A DNA stretch of 64,000 bases from Paecilomyces variotii. Lineage: Eukaryota. The notes beneath the pieces are model-generated. The model had not been told where the DNA came from, made no database searches, and worked only from the letters and a program-made list of their open reading frames with translations. The stretch lies in the NCBI GenBank assembly GCA_004022145.1, contig RCNU01000012.1. The stretch is one strand, 5' to 3'. Each line of letters starts with the position of its first letter. Position 1 is the first letter of the stretch. The position numbers were made by a program, and so were the translations under genes. Shown here piece by piece: positions 33,777-47,279 of this stretch.

Positions 33777-35515
33777 ATGGATTCGGACGATGATTTCATG
33801 AGCGATGCGTCGAGCCAGGGTTTCTTGGATACTCAGGGTAGCGATGATGAGAGTTTGGGTGATGGTAAGCTTGAGATCCCCCATTTAGTTCCGGTGGGGC
33901 TGCATGCCGGTTACAGAATACTTGCTGACGGCTGATTGCCTTTACAGATTTCGGAGACGACTTCGACGGAGGGTTTTCGAACGATAAGGACATTGTGAAG
34001 GAGTTAAAGAAGCCTTACGAGGTCGACTTCAGGGTTCTAAGTCCGGAAGATATCGAGGCGGAGCAGAATGTGCAGATCAACGAGGTTTCGGCCATACTAG
34101 GACTGCCTCCAGAGTCTTCTGCGATCCTGCTGCGATATGCCAGGTGGAACCGGGAGAAGTTGATAGAGAACTACATGGATCATCCGGAGGAGATCCTTGA
34201 GGAGGCAGGACTGGGCACAGTATCCGAGAGCACGCCTAAGGCGCAAGTCATCCCAGGCTTTATGTGCCAGATCTGTTGCGAGGACGGTGACGACCTTGAA
34301 ACCTACGCGATGCGATGCGGGCATCGGTTCTGTGTCGACTGCTACCGGCAGTATCTAGCACAGAAGATCAAAGAGGAGGGCGAGGCTGCAAGGATTGAGT
34401 GTCCACAAGATAACTGCCATCGTATTGTGGATTCAAAGTCTTTGGGCTTTCTTGTTACAGATGATCTCAAGGATCGGTATGTTTTTTCTTCGCAACTATC
34501 GGACGATAATGATGTGACGCTAACTTCCTTATCACAGATACCAGACTCTGCTCACTCGAACATACGTCGATGACAAAGAGAACCTGAAATGGTGTCCTGC
34601 ACCTAACTGCGAGTACGCGATTGATTGTCCTGTCAAGTCAAGAGATCTCAATAAGGTTGTCCCAACGGTACATTGTGCATGCAGGCATAGCTTCTGTTTC
34701 GGCTGCACTCTCAGTGATCACCAGCCGCCGCCTTGCTCTCTGGTCAAAATGTGGCTTAAGAAGTGCGAGGATGACTCAGAGACGGCAAACTGGATCTCAG
34801 CCAACACAAAAGAGTGCCCGAGATGCCACTCGACTATCGAGAAGAACGGGGGATGCAATCACATGACATGTCGAAAGTGTAAGCACGAGTTCTGTTGGAT
34901 GTGCATGGGTCTCTGGTCCGAGCATGGAACCAGCTGGTACAATTGTAATCGGTATGAGGAGAAGTCCGGGTCCGAAGCTCGCGATGCGCAAGCCAGATCA
35001 AGACAATCCTTGGAGCGATACCTCCATTACTACAACCGATATGCGAATCACGAGCAATCCGCCAAGCTCGATAAGGATCTTTACCTCAAGACGGAGAAGA
35101 AGATGACGAGTCTACAGTCGCAGTCGGGAATGTCCTGGATCGAGGTACAGTTTCTGGACACAGCGTCGCAGGCGCTCCAGCAGTGCCGACAGACGCTGAA
35201 GTGGACGTATGCTTTTGCTTACTATCTTGCACGAAACAACCTCACGGAGATCTTCGAAGATAACCAGAAGGATCTGGAGCTGGCAGTCGAAAGTCTGAGT
35301 GAGATGTTCGAGAAGCCTGTTCCGGAGCTTGCCTCTTTGAAAGTCGATATTCTCGATAAGACGGCGTACTGCCAGAAGCGGAGAGTGATTCTCCTTAGTG
35401 ATACTGCAGAGAACCTGAAGCATGGTAAGTGTTGTGCCCGTTTACTCATCTTGTCGCGCATGTGGCGAATGCTAACTTCTTTCCAGGCGAATGGACATTT
35501 AATGTGCCACTGTGA
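33777..35515 (+). CDS. Ariadne-family RBR (RING1-IBR-RING2) E3 ubiquitin ligase (Hel1/ARIH1-like); possible upstream ACG start at 33522
   Basis: Acidic N-terminus MDSDDDF. RING1 CQICC..CGHRFCVDC, IBR WCPAPNC, SETANWISANTKECPRCHSTIEKNGGCNHMTC, and Ariadne domain LERYLHYYNRY...LKWTYAFAYY. Three GT-AG introns. Confidence 0.95.
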
Positions 35516-36721
35516 CGGTACCGGGTTTTACAGTTCCCGTTGCCCAGGATACTCTGCAATGACATTTAAGACATGTCTGGTTTTTATCCGACCGTGTCAC
35601 AATCAATATACTATGTGACACATTACAATGTCAGTCTTACTGACCGACGACGACGCCATGACTACACTGCAAATGATTGATCTTTGTACCAGCCTAGGCA
35701 TAGCAAGGGCGTGACTCAGACTTGACGGCTGATCTACCAGCGAGGCCTGTGCATCATCAGCCTCCACTCTTGAGTATGTTCTCTCAGTTAACATGGTCCC
35801 GTCTACCAGCTCTCCTTTGTTTCTCCCGTGTCTTCATGCTTATAACTTTTTTCATTTCTACCTTTTTCCTTTTTTTCTGTGCATGTCCATACAGGGACCC
35901 ATGTCTGTGACTACACCTACCGCCTACCACAGCTTATCCTATAGTATAAGTATGATATGGGTCATCTTCACGCCCTGTACTGTATCCAGGTCATTTATCG
36001 GGTTCGAATCGAGAGCATATTCAATCAGCGGAGTTTTCTTCTAGCAAGCTAAACCGTTTCTTCTTCTCTTTCTGACCGGACTGTACATGAATGGCCACAT
36101 AGATAGCATAAGAAACCTAGATCATAATCTTGGCATGCGAACGGATATCTGCACTGTTGTCACTCTCGCCACCGTAGCTAATAATAACTGAAGTACTACA
36201 TAGCCCCAAGTATGATAGGAATAATAACAATAATATCAGACTATCACTGCAGCAGTTTCAAAGTCAAACCTAACTCTAATCCCACTTCAGCAGAACGCCA
36301 CATAAACCATGCATATTGCTAGCAGATTGTTATGCTCGGGACGGAAGCCCGAGACGGCCGGCATTTTGCCAGACTCGGAGGAAGTACGGGCCCAGTGAGG
36401 ACAAGGCTCGGGTTCGCGCGGTTCTTTTTTTTTTATGGGTCTAGAAGGGAATCCATTTGGTAACCAGTGCATTCCTTGTTCCTTTTTCGCTTGTCTTTTC
36501 TTTTTTGTGGTACTTTGCTTATTGGGATGAATCATGATTTGTGTGTAAAGGTGTTTATTCATAGTTGTTTCTGCGTTTTTATATGATATTGAATTTTAAG
36601 TTCTCCTGAGGAAAGAAAGAAAAGAAGTTAGCTGAGAGAATGCCGAGAATGCACCAAACGCAAAACAAAAAAAAAAAAAAAAAACCTGGGGAGCGTCCGT
36701 GGAGCTTCCGTGGCTTGACTG

Positions 36722-36730
36722 ATCTGATAA
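36722..36730 (+). promoter_or_regulatory. ATCWGATAA (SreA-type GATA iron-repressor site) about 1 kb upstream of mitoferrin
   Basis: Exact ATCTGATAA at 36722-36730. Confidence 0.45.
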
Positions 36731-37735
36731 GAAAAGAAAGGGAAGGCTTCTAGCGCTTCCAATAGTCCAGTCTCCTGGCTTCTAGGTAAAACCCTGTTGT
36801 GTATAATCGAGTCCGCTTGTCCATCCGCGCAAAGGTACTGATGCGCCGCGAATATCGGCTTTTTCTCTCTGTGGATGACTTTCTCCGCGATCTCCGAAGA
36901 GCAACTACAACGCCTGTGACGGCAAGGTAGCCCCGTTTCTTTTCATTTTTTTTTTCTTGTCTGCATTGTTTGCTCAGATCATCTAGATCAAACACAAAGT
37001 ATGTAGCTAAGACATGACATCCGCCAGAAAGATGCATGAAAGCCTGCACGACAAGTCTATAACGCACCTTTCATTACCATCCGCATTAGCCCGGACAGTG
37101 ATAATGAATGAGATCTCGCAGGCAAGGGGAGATTCCTCCGTCATCGGACATCTGCGAGACAAGAAGCAGTGATCTGATGGGGTAGTTAGCTAGTCTGGGT
37201 TTAGGCGAACTGCTGCTCCGGGTCTCCGCAGAAACATGAATATGCCAGATGGCCGTCTAGCGTAGAAAAAAAGAAGAAGATGTCTCAACGGCAAAGGCTG
37301 TAGAACTACATCGTGCCATTGCGCATTCTCCTGGTGTATCTGAACCCAGAGCATCTCTTGGTTAGAAAGGGTCCGCGAGACAGATAGGAAGAGATCAGGT
37401 CTGAGCGTCTCGGCGTCTTTGCTGCCAGACCCCGTCATAATTTTCCCATAGGCCGCCCCAGCAGGTGCCGAGCACGCAGACAGAGGAATAATACTTCCGC
37501 CAGCAATTCCTCTCTTCTCATAGCTCCGGCGGTTGACTCACAATCTTCAGTCTATCCTCTCAACTCTCCCCTCCTTCCTTTTTATTCTTCCTGCTTGTCC
37601 TGTCCTTCCGTGCGGCGACATACGTGGACCCGGGAACTGCGCTCTTCTGCTCCTCAGCTCGACTCCGGTTGCGACCAGTATTCCCCTAGCGTTTCCTGTA
37701 CAGCGCCGGCTGCGCCGTGAGCTATAGCAGCTCGA

Positions 37736-39206
37736 ATGGCGTCTCCCGACAAGGTCCCGGGTGAAGAATATGAGTACGTCTGAACCGGATTGATGCGACT
37801 TGAGCTTCCGCCCGGTCCTTTTTTTCTCGCGGACGGCCTGAGCTCGGGGAACAAAAAGAAAAGTTGGCTAACACCGAGGCATGTTTATAGCTATGAAGCT
37901 CTCCCCGCACACTATGGCTTGGGTCACAACATGTTAGCTGGCGCTTTCGCCGGTATTGCAGTATGTCCATGATTTCGGCCGGTCTTGGAGAAACCGGTTG
38001 CTCGACAGACAGCTGACTAGAAGCGAAGGAACACTCTGTGATGTACCCGGTTGATTTGCTCAAGGTACGTTGAAAAGACCCTGTTTCTCCGACCATCAGG
38101 GAATATATATTCGCATGAAATGAGAAGAACTGCAGCTGATTGAGATCCTGTGTCAAAACGTAGACCCGGATGCAGATTATCAACCCCGGAGGCGCGAATC
38201 TGTACACAGGCTTGACGAATGCCGTGTCGACCATCTACCGCATCGAAGGCTGGCGCACCCTGTGGAAGGGTGTCTCGAGTGTGATTGTTGGTGCTGGTAT
38301 GAAATGCGCGTGGAAAAAGACTGTCTGCGGCAGGATACTGATGTCTTGGATCAGGCCCGGCTCATGCCGTTTATTTCGGCACGTACGAACTTGTCAAGGA
38401 ATTTGCGGGTGGAAATGTTGATGACGGACATCACCCGATGGCAGCAGGTGTGTTTTTACACTTAGTCCCTACTGGGAAAAGTTTGGATGGACGTGGCGGA
38501 CACAATGGAAGGGACGATGCTGACAGGTGAACTCTTATACAGCCCTGAGCGGAGCTTCTGCGACCATCGCCAGTGATGCGCTCATGAATCCTTTTGACGG
38601 TTCGTATTGATACGGGTTTGATGGGAAAGTCTTGTTGCTAATCTCGAACAGTCATCAAACAGCGCATGCAGGTTCATGGATCCCAACACAAGACCATTAT
38701 GCAGTGCGCAAAGTCGGTCTATCGCGCTGAAGGCCTCCAGGCCTTCTATGTCTCCTACCCTACGACACTCTGTATGACGATTCCTTTCACGGCTACTCAG
38801 TTCGTAGCGTACGAATCTATCTCGAAGTTCATGAATCCCAAGAAGGAGTACGACCCGTTTACCCACTGCATTGCGGGTGGTCTGGCTGGTGCTTTCGCAG
38901 CAGGAATTACTACGCCTCTTGACGTTGTCAAGACTCTCCTTCAGACTCGTGGTCTCGCGCAGGATCAGGAGATCCGTTCGGCCAAAGGCTTGCTCAATGC
39001 AGCCTCTATAATCAAGCGACAGTATGGTTGGAAGGGCTTCCTGCGCGGAATGCGTCCTCGTATTATCTCGACTATGCCCAGCACTGCCATTTGCTGGTAT
39101 GTATTTCTTAATGCGGACATATTTCTGCTCCCTTGCTAACTCAACTGATAGGACTTCCTACGAGATGGCGAAGGCATACTTCAAGAAGCAGTTTGCTGAC
39201 AGCTGA
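37736..39206 (+). CDS. mrsA: Mitochondrial iron carrier mitoferrin (Mrs3/Mrs4-like)
   Basis: Spliced product: YEALP...[27 protein letters not shown]...GAGPAHAVYFGTYE...SDALMNPFDVIKQRMQ...AFYVSYPTTLCMTIPF...TTPLDVVKTLLQT...PSTAICWTSYE. Confidence 0.93.
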
Positions 39207-40467
39207 GAGAGCTTCTCCATATGCTTTCTTGTCACGTCCTCCTCCTACGAACCATCTTTTCTTGGTCTTGGAATACCTCATTCTAATGATAAAGGCCTGA
39301 AACTTCCATGTCTCAGGTGCATGGTACACGAGATGTTTTCTCTCTAGATTTTCTTCTGGGTCCATGGCGTCATGATGGTTTTTTTTCGTGTTTTCACACT
39401 CTGGCGTGATCGTTTTGAGATACCCGGTCACTAATGATCGTGGAAGCCTGACAGGGCCGTCGAAGCAGGAATCATCCCTGGCTTGTCTCATTTACTTCGC
39501 TTCTGGCTCTGTATACTTTTGAAATATTTTGGGGGCGGGTTTCGTTTCAGCTTTAGATTCCAAGGATCGTGTTGAGCGTCATCCGTCTCCGGGGGCCTTC
39601 TGCGGAGCGTCTGTCGATTCTGATATCGGCGTTCGAACGCATGGGATTCCCGGAGTACGGCGACTGTTCTCGAGGGGCTTTCAGCTCTTTCATGATTCCA
39701 ATCATGTTTCCTTTCAACCAGATGTACTCATAGATGCCATAGCAATTGGCCCGGATACTCCCAAAAGAGCTGTCATGAAACCGGAACAAAACCACCTGGG
39801 GAAGAAAAATAAGACGTCTAATTCCACTCTGATCACCCACAAAGTAATTAACTATTTTTCACATCTTCAACGGACGTGCGCTTTATATACGACCAGGACA
39901 GGGCCACTATATGCATGCATCTACAAGGTGTTTCCTCTGGAGCACGGTGCTAGTAGCAGGTGCAGCAATAGACCTCAGGCAATGCCCTCTGCTGCCAGAA
40001 TGTATTCTGTCACCAACAGTCTGTTCGGTTTCCCACAGACGACGGGGCAACGAAGCTTTACGAAAGGGACCAGCCGCAATAAGTAAAGCATGCGCTATCT
40101 CTCTCTCTCTTCACGTCACCAACTTCAGACTCCCCCGCAACGAGACGCCACGCCTGGCTGGGACCGTTATTCTTCTTCGTACTTGATGACCAGAGACTGA
40201 ATATAATGTTCCTTTGTAGATATTTATCTACTCAGTGTGCCGAGTTCATTCGAATCTCATTCTGGCTCTCTCGCTGTTCTGTTTTGCCGCAAGCGGGACT
40301 CGCTCTTCCCCTCGACAGCCAACGACGTCACGGATCAACCGACAAGCGCCCGCTTTCTCCAACTCTCTGTTCAGCACCGTCCTTGAATCAACACCTTCGC
40401 CCTGTTAATTGGGAATCGAAGTTATACGATCGCATGGCGGATAGAGGCCTGCGATTCCGTTGCGTTC

Positions 40468-43064
40468 ATGATGCGCTCAAAGCCCTCGTCTTCCATGCAG
40501 AAGACGTACGATGAGTGCTATCTGATCTGCTCCACCGCTGTCTACTTTGAAGGACAGGTGAGTTATCCCACGTTTTTAGTTCTTCTTCCTTGCTTTTTTT
40601 TTCATTTATTCGCTACTCCTTATCTTCATCATGAGGAACAAATGAAAGATTTTGTGACTGAGATTTTTTTTATGGGTCGTACCATAGAATAATGAAGCAG
40701 AGGCTCTACGATCATGGCGCTCCGCGCTCGAGACGATCTATTACCACAACGCATATCGAGTCCCTCATAACTACGTCCCCAAAACGGAGACAGAGAAAGC
40801 GCTGCAGGAGTCGATTCGTCAGCTGGAAATGCAATGTAAAGAACGGGTGCAGCTGCTAGAGGCGCTACAGCAGAGCAGAAAAGAGGCGGAGCAGGCCTCT
40901 GGTCAGGCTACTCCTAAGGGGAGACTAGAGAAAGGAAAAGGTCCGTCGACTGGATCGAGCGCGAACACTACCCCCGGCTGGATCGGGGATGGCACCATAC
41001 CGGCTGTGGACTATATGGATTTGTCGAGACCTGTGCCGTTGCCACCGAGGCCGACGGCGGCTTCGAAGAAGAGTTCGGACTCTGTCTTTCAGAAGCGCAG
41101 TGATAAGAAAGGCTCTCCGGCCAGAGACATCTCGAATGCGATCTCTGCTCCGCCCGTATTACCAGTTCCAAAGGTCTCGCCCACGGTGACGCCTCGCGGG
41201 ACCAGTCCGGAGAAGCGCAAAGGAATGCTCACGACATTGAGGACGAAGGATAACAAGAAGTCTTCGTCCAAGTCCAAAGGCTCTCCAGGGCGTAATGGAA
41301 ATCCACCGGCTGCTTCCAAAGCTGCGGGGCTTGCTTGGGGCAGCCTCTCCCATACGTCTTCTTCAGAGCGGAATCCCAGTGCTGGGGAGGCAGCATTGAC
41401 ATCCTCCAGACTTAGCATGTCAAGCGACGGCGGCCTGAGGAGAGATCAGGATGTGAAAAGCACACCAAGCGACGAATCTCCCAGACCGAGCAGAGCGCAT
41501 GATCTATCTGACTCCATTCCTAGCTTGAGTCGGCGAGAACCACAGCACGCAGAGCAATCACCAAGACGGACATCAGCTGCCACGCAGGCTGTGTACTCTT
41601 CAAGTGCTGGACGGTCTTTGCCGGAGACTCCTGGTCCTCCTTCTCCTGCAAGACTGCCCGACACAGCGTCTTCGCAAAAGCCGGTCATAAAGCCCAAACC
41701 CACAGCATTGAGGTCTTCGGTGGAAGCCAGCCGACCCCAGGCTTACAGAAAGCAAAGCTCGCAGTCACAACCGTCACTGTCGCCTGCTGAGGATCTGGCC
41801 GGGGTCAGAAATTCGCAGACCAAATCGGCTCCAGGAATTAAACCGAGCGACCAACCTTACATGTCGAACTTGTCAGGAAGTGGCGACGAAGGTATCCGGC
41901 GCTCTGCCAGGAAGACAGAGCTCAGCAGAGCCAATGCAGTCTCGCAGCCTCGGCGAAAGGTTCATTCGACTCCCCGGCAAAGGATCACCCCATCGTCGAG
42001 CGAGCACGAGTCATCTGATGGGAACCTGTCGGCTGACGAGGACACAAATATCATGAATATCATGAAACGCCTCCCGAAGGGAGTCGATCCCGCCACTGCG
42101 AGACAAATTCTCAACGATATTGTTGTTCGGGGTGATGAGGTCCACTGGGATGATGTCGCAGGGTTGGAGGTAGCGAAAAAGGCTCTCAAGGAGGCTGTGG
42201 TTTATCCATTCCTACGTCCGGACCTGTTCTCAGGGCTCCGTGAGCCTGCAAGAGGAGTGCTTCTATTTGGGCCTCCGGGGACGGGAAAGACAATGCTTGC
42301 GAGAGCAGTGGCTACAGAATCCAAGTCAACGTTCTTCTCCGTGTCGGCGTCTAGTCTAACGTCCAAGTGGCATGGTGAGAGCGAGAAGCTCGTGCGAGCG
42401 TTGTTTGGCCTTGCGAAAGCGCTGGCTCCGTCTATTATTTTTGTAGATGAGATCGACTCTTTGCTTTCGTCGCGCTCGTCTGGCACGGAAAACGAAGCTT
42501 CACGGAGGTCAAAGACGGAATTCCTCATCCAGTGGTCAGATCTGCAGCGTGCTGCAGTTGGGAGAGAAAGCAAAGATGGAGACGCCAGCAGAGTGCTCGT
42601 TCTGGCCGCCACGAACATGCCATGGGATATCGACGAGGCCGCTCGCCGGAGATTCGTCCGTAGACAGTACATTCCTCTTCCCGAGCACGACGTACGAGAA
42701 CAGCAGATCCGCAAGTTGCTCAGCCATCAGAAGCATGAACTGTCGGACGCGGATATTGAAGTTCTCGTGCGCGTTACCGAAGGTGAGTTTATTATCTTGA
42801 CGTATCATATGTGAAATTTCTCTAGTACTCACATCATATCCAGGCTTCTCGGGGTCGGACATTACTGCGCTGGCCAAAGACGCCGCCATGGGCCCTCTGC
42901 GCAACTTGGGAGAGGACCTTCTTCATACTCCTATGGAGCAGATCCGGCCCATCCGCTTCAGCGACTTCGAGGCCAGTCTATACTCCATCAGACCCAGTGT
43001 CAGTCGAGAGGGTCTTCAGGAGTACGAAAACTGGGCGAGACAGTTTGGTGAAAGGGGCGGTTAG
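40468..43064 (+). CDS. Spastin/fidgetin-like AAA ATPase (Yta6/Sap1 group) with N-terminal MIT-like helical region
   Basis: [19 protein letters not shown], Walker A GPPGTGKT, Walker [35 protein letters not shown], and a Vps4_C-like tail. Introns near 40558-40687 and 42783-42843. Confidence 0.92.
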
Positions 43065-43836
43065 ATCTGGCATCTTTCTCCTGCTCTTGTATTACCTTAC
43101 GTCGCATCTATGAGCGGTCTTTTTCTTCGTGTCATATTTCAATAACACATGACGGGCGGTCGAGTCGCTGTCTGATGAAAAGAAAACGGTTATGATTCGA
43201 TACCTTAATAAGTCCTGGGGGGACGCCGGTCGGGTGTCTCTTTTCATCCAATTTCTTGGTGGTATACGTGGTCCTTACTTGAACACAATTTCGGGTGTAT
43301 CATATCTATCAGTCTCTTTCTACATGTCAGGGAGTAGATTTATTGTTTGGTGTTTGGAGTTAGATAGGATAGGTTTTAGCGATTATTTCTGTCTTTTATC
43401 CTCCAACGGTCTATTAAGCTCTGAGTGAGTAGTAACTTAGTCTTTGTATGCAATTTTCTATAGAAAAGACAAAACGAGACGATGTATAAAAAATAATAAT
43501 AGATAATGTACAGTACATGTTTCTCTTTCCACTCCATCACTCTATCGTACGAATCATTCATAGATCCGATCCTTTCTTTCTTTCTTTCTCTGGAGGAGTG
43601 AAGAGAACAGAATAGTTCGAGCAGGAGTAGGTAGTAGTAATATCACACGGGTAGACTTGAGGGGAAAAGAAGCAGAGAGAAAATAGATAGCCTGGTCTCC
43701 CATATTTCACAGAACAGAACAGAATTTGAAAACATCAATCTCAATCTCAATCAAATCACACCCGTTCAGTTCATGGTTTGATATTGGATTGAATTCGATT
43801 GAGTGTTTTTTTTTTTTTTTTTCAATTCAAATCAAT

Positions 43837-44538
43837 TCAAACCCCAACCCTCTCCAAAATCAACCCCCTAATCCTACCCACATGATCCTTCCTCTCATCA
43901 ACAACCCCAACCTGACCATCACCACTCGCAGCTCTCCTCCTCTCCTCTCTCCTCTTGACCTTCTCCTCCCTCTTCCTCGCCCTCTCCTCCTCTCTCTCCT
44001 CCCGACTCATCACCGCCGGTCGCTCTTCCACTGGCGTCCCGAACGGCGCCACGATCCGCTCCACAACATGTCTCACGCGCCGGCTCTTCGGAGCCCCGGA
44101 TGAGAATTCAATCACGTCTCCTTCGCGGAGGGAGTTGCGCGGGTCGGAGACGAGATAGGTGGTTGTTTTCGGGTAGGTTTTGCGGATGAGCCGGTCGTAG
44201 GTCGTGTGGTGGTGGGCGACGCGGACGGTGCGGTTCATTAATCCGACGGATATCACGGTGCCGGTGCGGATGGTGTAGGGGTAGTTGCGGAGGGAGGGGG
44301 GAGGGGGGATGGTTGGTGATGGGGGTTGTTGAGAGGAAGAGGAAGAGGAAGGTGGTGGTTGTTGTTGGTGTTGGTGTTGGTCTGAAGATGGTGATGTGGT
44401 TGTTGTGGTTGAGGCATATCGGCGAGAAGTAGATAGAATGCTGCTTGGGCCTGCGTATCGAAGAATAGATAGCGAGGAAGAAGAAGAAGAAGAAGAGCGA
44501 AGGGGCATCGTGGCCCGGAGGAGAGTGCTAGGTTGCAT
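43837..44538 (-). CDS. Mitochondrial ribosomal protein S17 (uS17m) with low-complexity presequence
   Basis: GTVISVGLMNRTVRV...K.Y...TTYLVSDPRNSLREGDVI.......KSRRVRHVV is the S17 OB-fold motif. Confidence 0.85.
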   Translation of the reverse strand: MQPSTLLRATMPLRSSSSSSSSLSILRYAGPSSILSTSRRYASTTTTTSPSSDQHQHQQQPPPSSSSSSQQPPSPTIPPPPSLRNYPYTIRTGTVISVGLMNRTVRVAHHHTTYDRLIRKTYPKTTTYLVSDPRNSLREGDVIEFSSGAPKSRRVRHVVERIVAPFGTPVEERPAVMSREEREEERARKREEKVKRREERRRAASGDGQVGVVDERKDHVGRIRGLILERVGV

Positions 44539-45432
44539 TGTGTCGATTTCTCCCGCGGAGCGTTATAGCGAAGTTGGATTATGCGCGGGATCGGGATTGG
44601 AGTATTTCTCCCTTGCTCTTCGTGAGGTAAAAGTAATGCAATTGCAATCTGCAGCAAGACTATGCCGACACTCTGCTTGGTTTGCTGCTTCTCTGGCCCC
44701 GAAAATCTGCCGCGGAGGATTGTGTTGATCAAAGTCAACGACCAATGGACCCTGTCGTATAGATAGAATCTCACACACCAGTGCAGACCGATGTTGTACC
44801 ACACTGGGAACAAGGGCACAACAAAATGTCGCGGTCGGTCCTTGGAGACTGGTAGGTAGGTTGGCGTCGATGGACTGGACTGGCGATCTCAGAATTTCTC
44901 GCCGGAGAAGTTGCAAGTTGCGTGTTTGCATTGTTTGTTCGCCGGGAACCCGACTGTCAGTAGGAGACTATGAGTATAGTTAAATACTCTTTTAACAATT
45001 ACTGTACGACGAAACACATCCATTTCAAAGCATAAATATTTATTTGGCAGGAATTAGCTTGTTACCACCATCCGTGAGGACCACCTCTATCTGGTGAGCA
45101 TCATAGTCCTGTCCTTTCGTTGCCAGTCATATCCCGAAATAATCCTAATATACACATAAAACAATAATCCCATCCATCCATCCGATTAATACCAACCACC
45201 TATTGCCAAACCTCATGTGAAATGCACTGCGGAGGCGCTTTTCTTTTTTTGATGGGAAACAACAAAAAAAAAAACATGTCATGATATTACGTCGGAGCTG
45301 TAGAGTAGAGACGGAACAAGGTAGGAAAAGCCAACGGTAGAACAACTCCACCCACGCCGTGTACGCGACCATACCAACACCGTTCTCGTGTATTCATTGA
45401 AGTTTGTACCTTTTCTAGACCATGCAAATTCA

Positions 45433-47279
45433 CTACGCGTCTTGAGCCACAGAGGTTCCATTCGCCTGCGATTCGGATCCTGCGGGCAGCGCTACGGACG
45501 CCTTTCTCAGGTGAAACTTCTTCTCCGCCTGCGCGGAAATGCGAGTCAACTCAGCGACGAACGACTGGCCCCAGAAAGCGCTATCAGGTGTTAGTCTCGG
45601 TAGTAATCTCAGAAAAGGAAGAAGAACATCTTACCTGGTATATTTCGACACATACTTGTCGAGTTTCGAGAAGTTGAGCGCCTTCTGCTCGTCACTCATC
45701 GTGACCGCCTCCTGGTAGGCGCCGGCCAGTTCTTCCGTGTTCCAAGGATTGACAATGATGCTGCCGTTGAGACTCTGGGCGGCTCCTGCAAATTCCGAAA
45801 GAACCAAGACTCCGTGCTTCTTCTGCTGCGACGCAATGTACTCATATGCCACCAGGTTCATGCCGTCTCTGGTGGACGACACAATACAGGCGTCCGACAC
45901 GGCATACAGCGCGAGCAGCTCGTCGAAGTTGACGGACTTGTGGAGGAAGTGGATGGGCATAAACTCAACCGTGCCTAGCATGGTCCCAGGATTAGTTCAC
46001 GATCGTCGTCTTCGCGCAGGCCACTGAACTTACCGAACTTGCCGTTGATCCGGCCAACGAGTTCGTTGACCACCGCTCTCAGGTTCTGGTATTCCTCCAC
46101 ATCCTGACGACTAGGAACAGCCACCTGCACGAGGACCACCTTGCCCACCCATTCCGGGTGATCACTGAGAAACACCTCCAGAGCATGGAGTTTCTGCGGA
46201 ACACCCTTGATGTAATCCAGACGATCCACACCCACCATCAGCTTCACCCCCTGGAATTTCTGTTCCAGCATGGCAATCCGCTTCTGCACCTTTTCCTTCT
46301 TCAAACCCTCCTTGAACTTATCCGGGTCGATACCGATCGGGAAAGCACCGCAGGCGATAATCTTCCCTTGGAATTCGATACCATTGGGCGTCGTAGTCAA
46401 ACCCCTATCCACTTTCGTCAGCTTCTTCTGTTCTCACTTCTTTCCGATTTTTGTTCCAGAAATATCCTCACAGTAATCGCGAGCAGCTGCTCAGGAAATG
46501 TCGCGTGTAGTCGTAGGTATGGAAACCGATGAGGTCGCAGTGCAGGACACCGAGCAGCAGCTCGTTTCGCACGGGCAGAATCCGATAGATCTCGCTGGAG
46601 GGGAACGGAGTGTGCAAGAAGAAGCCGATCTTGACGTTCTCTTTGCTATTCCCGATCTCCTCGCGGAGCATCTCCGGCAGAAGCATCAGATGGTAATCAT
46701 GCACCCAGATCAAGTCTCCGTCGCGAACTTCCGAGGCCACTGCCTTGGCGAACAACCGATTTGCTTCCTTGTAGGCCTCCCAGGCGGACTCGTCGAAGGT
46801 GATTTCACCGGGATGGTAGTGAAATAGCGGCCACAGGATCGAGTCTAGAATAAAGAAAAAAGGCAAGAAGTTGCAGCCAGTCAGCCCACCAGCAAACCAA
46901 TCGCATATATATAGAAAGATGGAAATCTCTTTTGTGTTGTTCGAACAGAGAAGAAGGGCGCGCGGAGGAACTAACTAGAGAAACCATTGTAGTGCCGGTC
47001 GGCCAGTTCATCATCGATAAATACGGGGATGGCTCCGTACTCGTCCAGCAGACGCTTCTTCACATGGGGGATCTCCTCTTCGGGCACCTCCAGGCCAGGC
47101 CATCCGTACCATTGAAAGGTTGTCGATTTGGACAGTCCGCTCAGCCCACTCACCAGACCACCAGAGGACATGGAAAAGTCATATTTGCCGTCATCCGACC
47201 GCTTGATGGTGATGGGCAATCGATTGGAGACGAGCAGCAACCTCGCATCACTCTTTGTCGGACTCTCGAGCGAGGGCAT
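45433..47279 (-). CDS. tpsA: Alpha,alpha-trehalose-phosphate synthase catalytic subunit
   Basis: LLVSNRLP, SSGGLVSGL, WYGWPG, IWVHDYHLMLLP, GFFLHTPFPSSE, GVDRLDYIKG, RDGMNLVAYEY, LSEFAGAA. Five exons. Confidence 0.97.

Noticed and set aside
39529-40186. 185-aa and other ORFs between mrsA and the AAA ATPase
   Set aside because: Mostly non-ATG starts and no family similarity. Likely UTR or promoter sequence.
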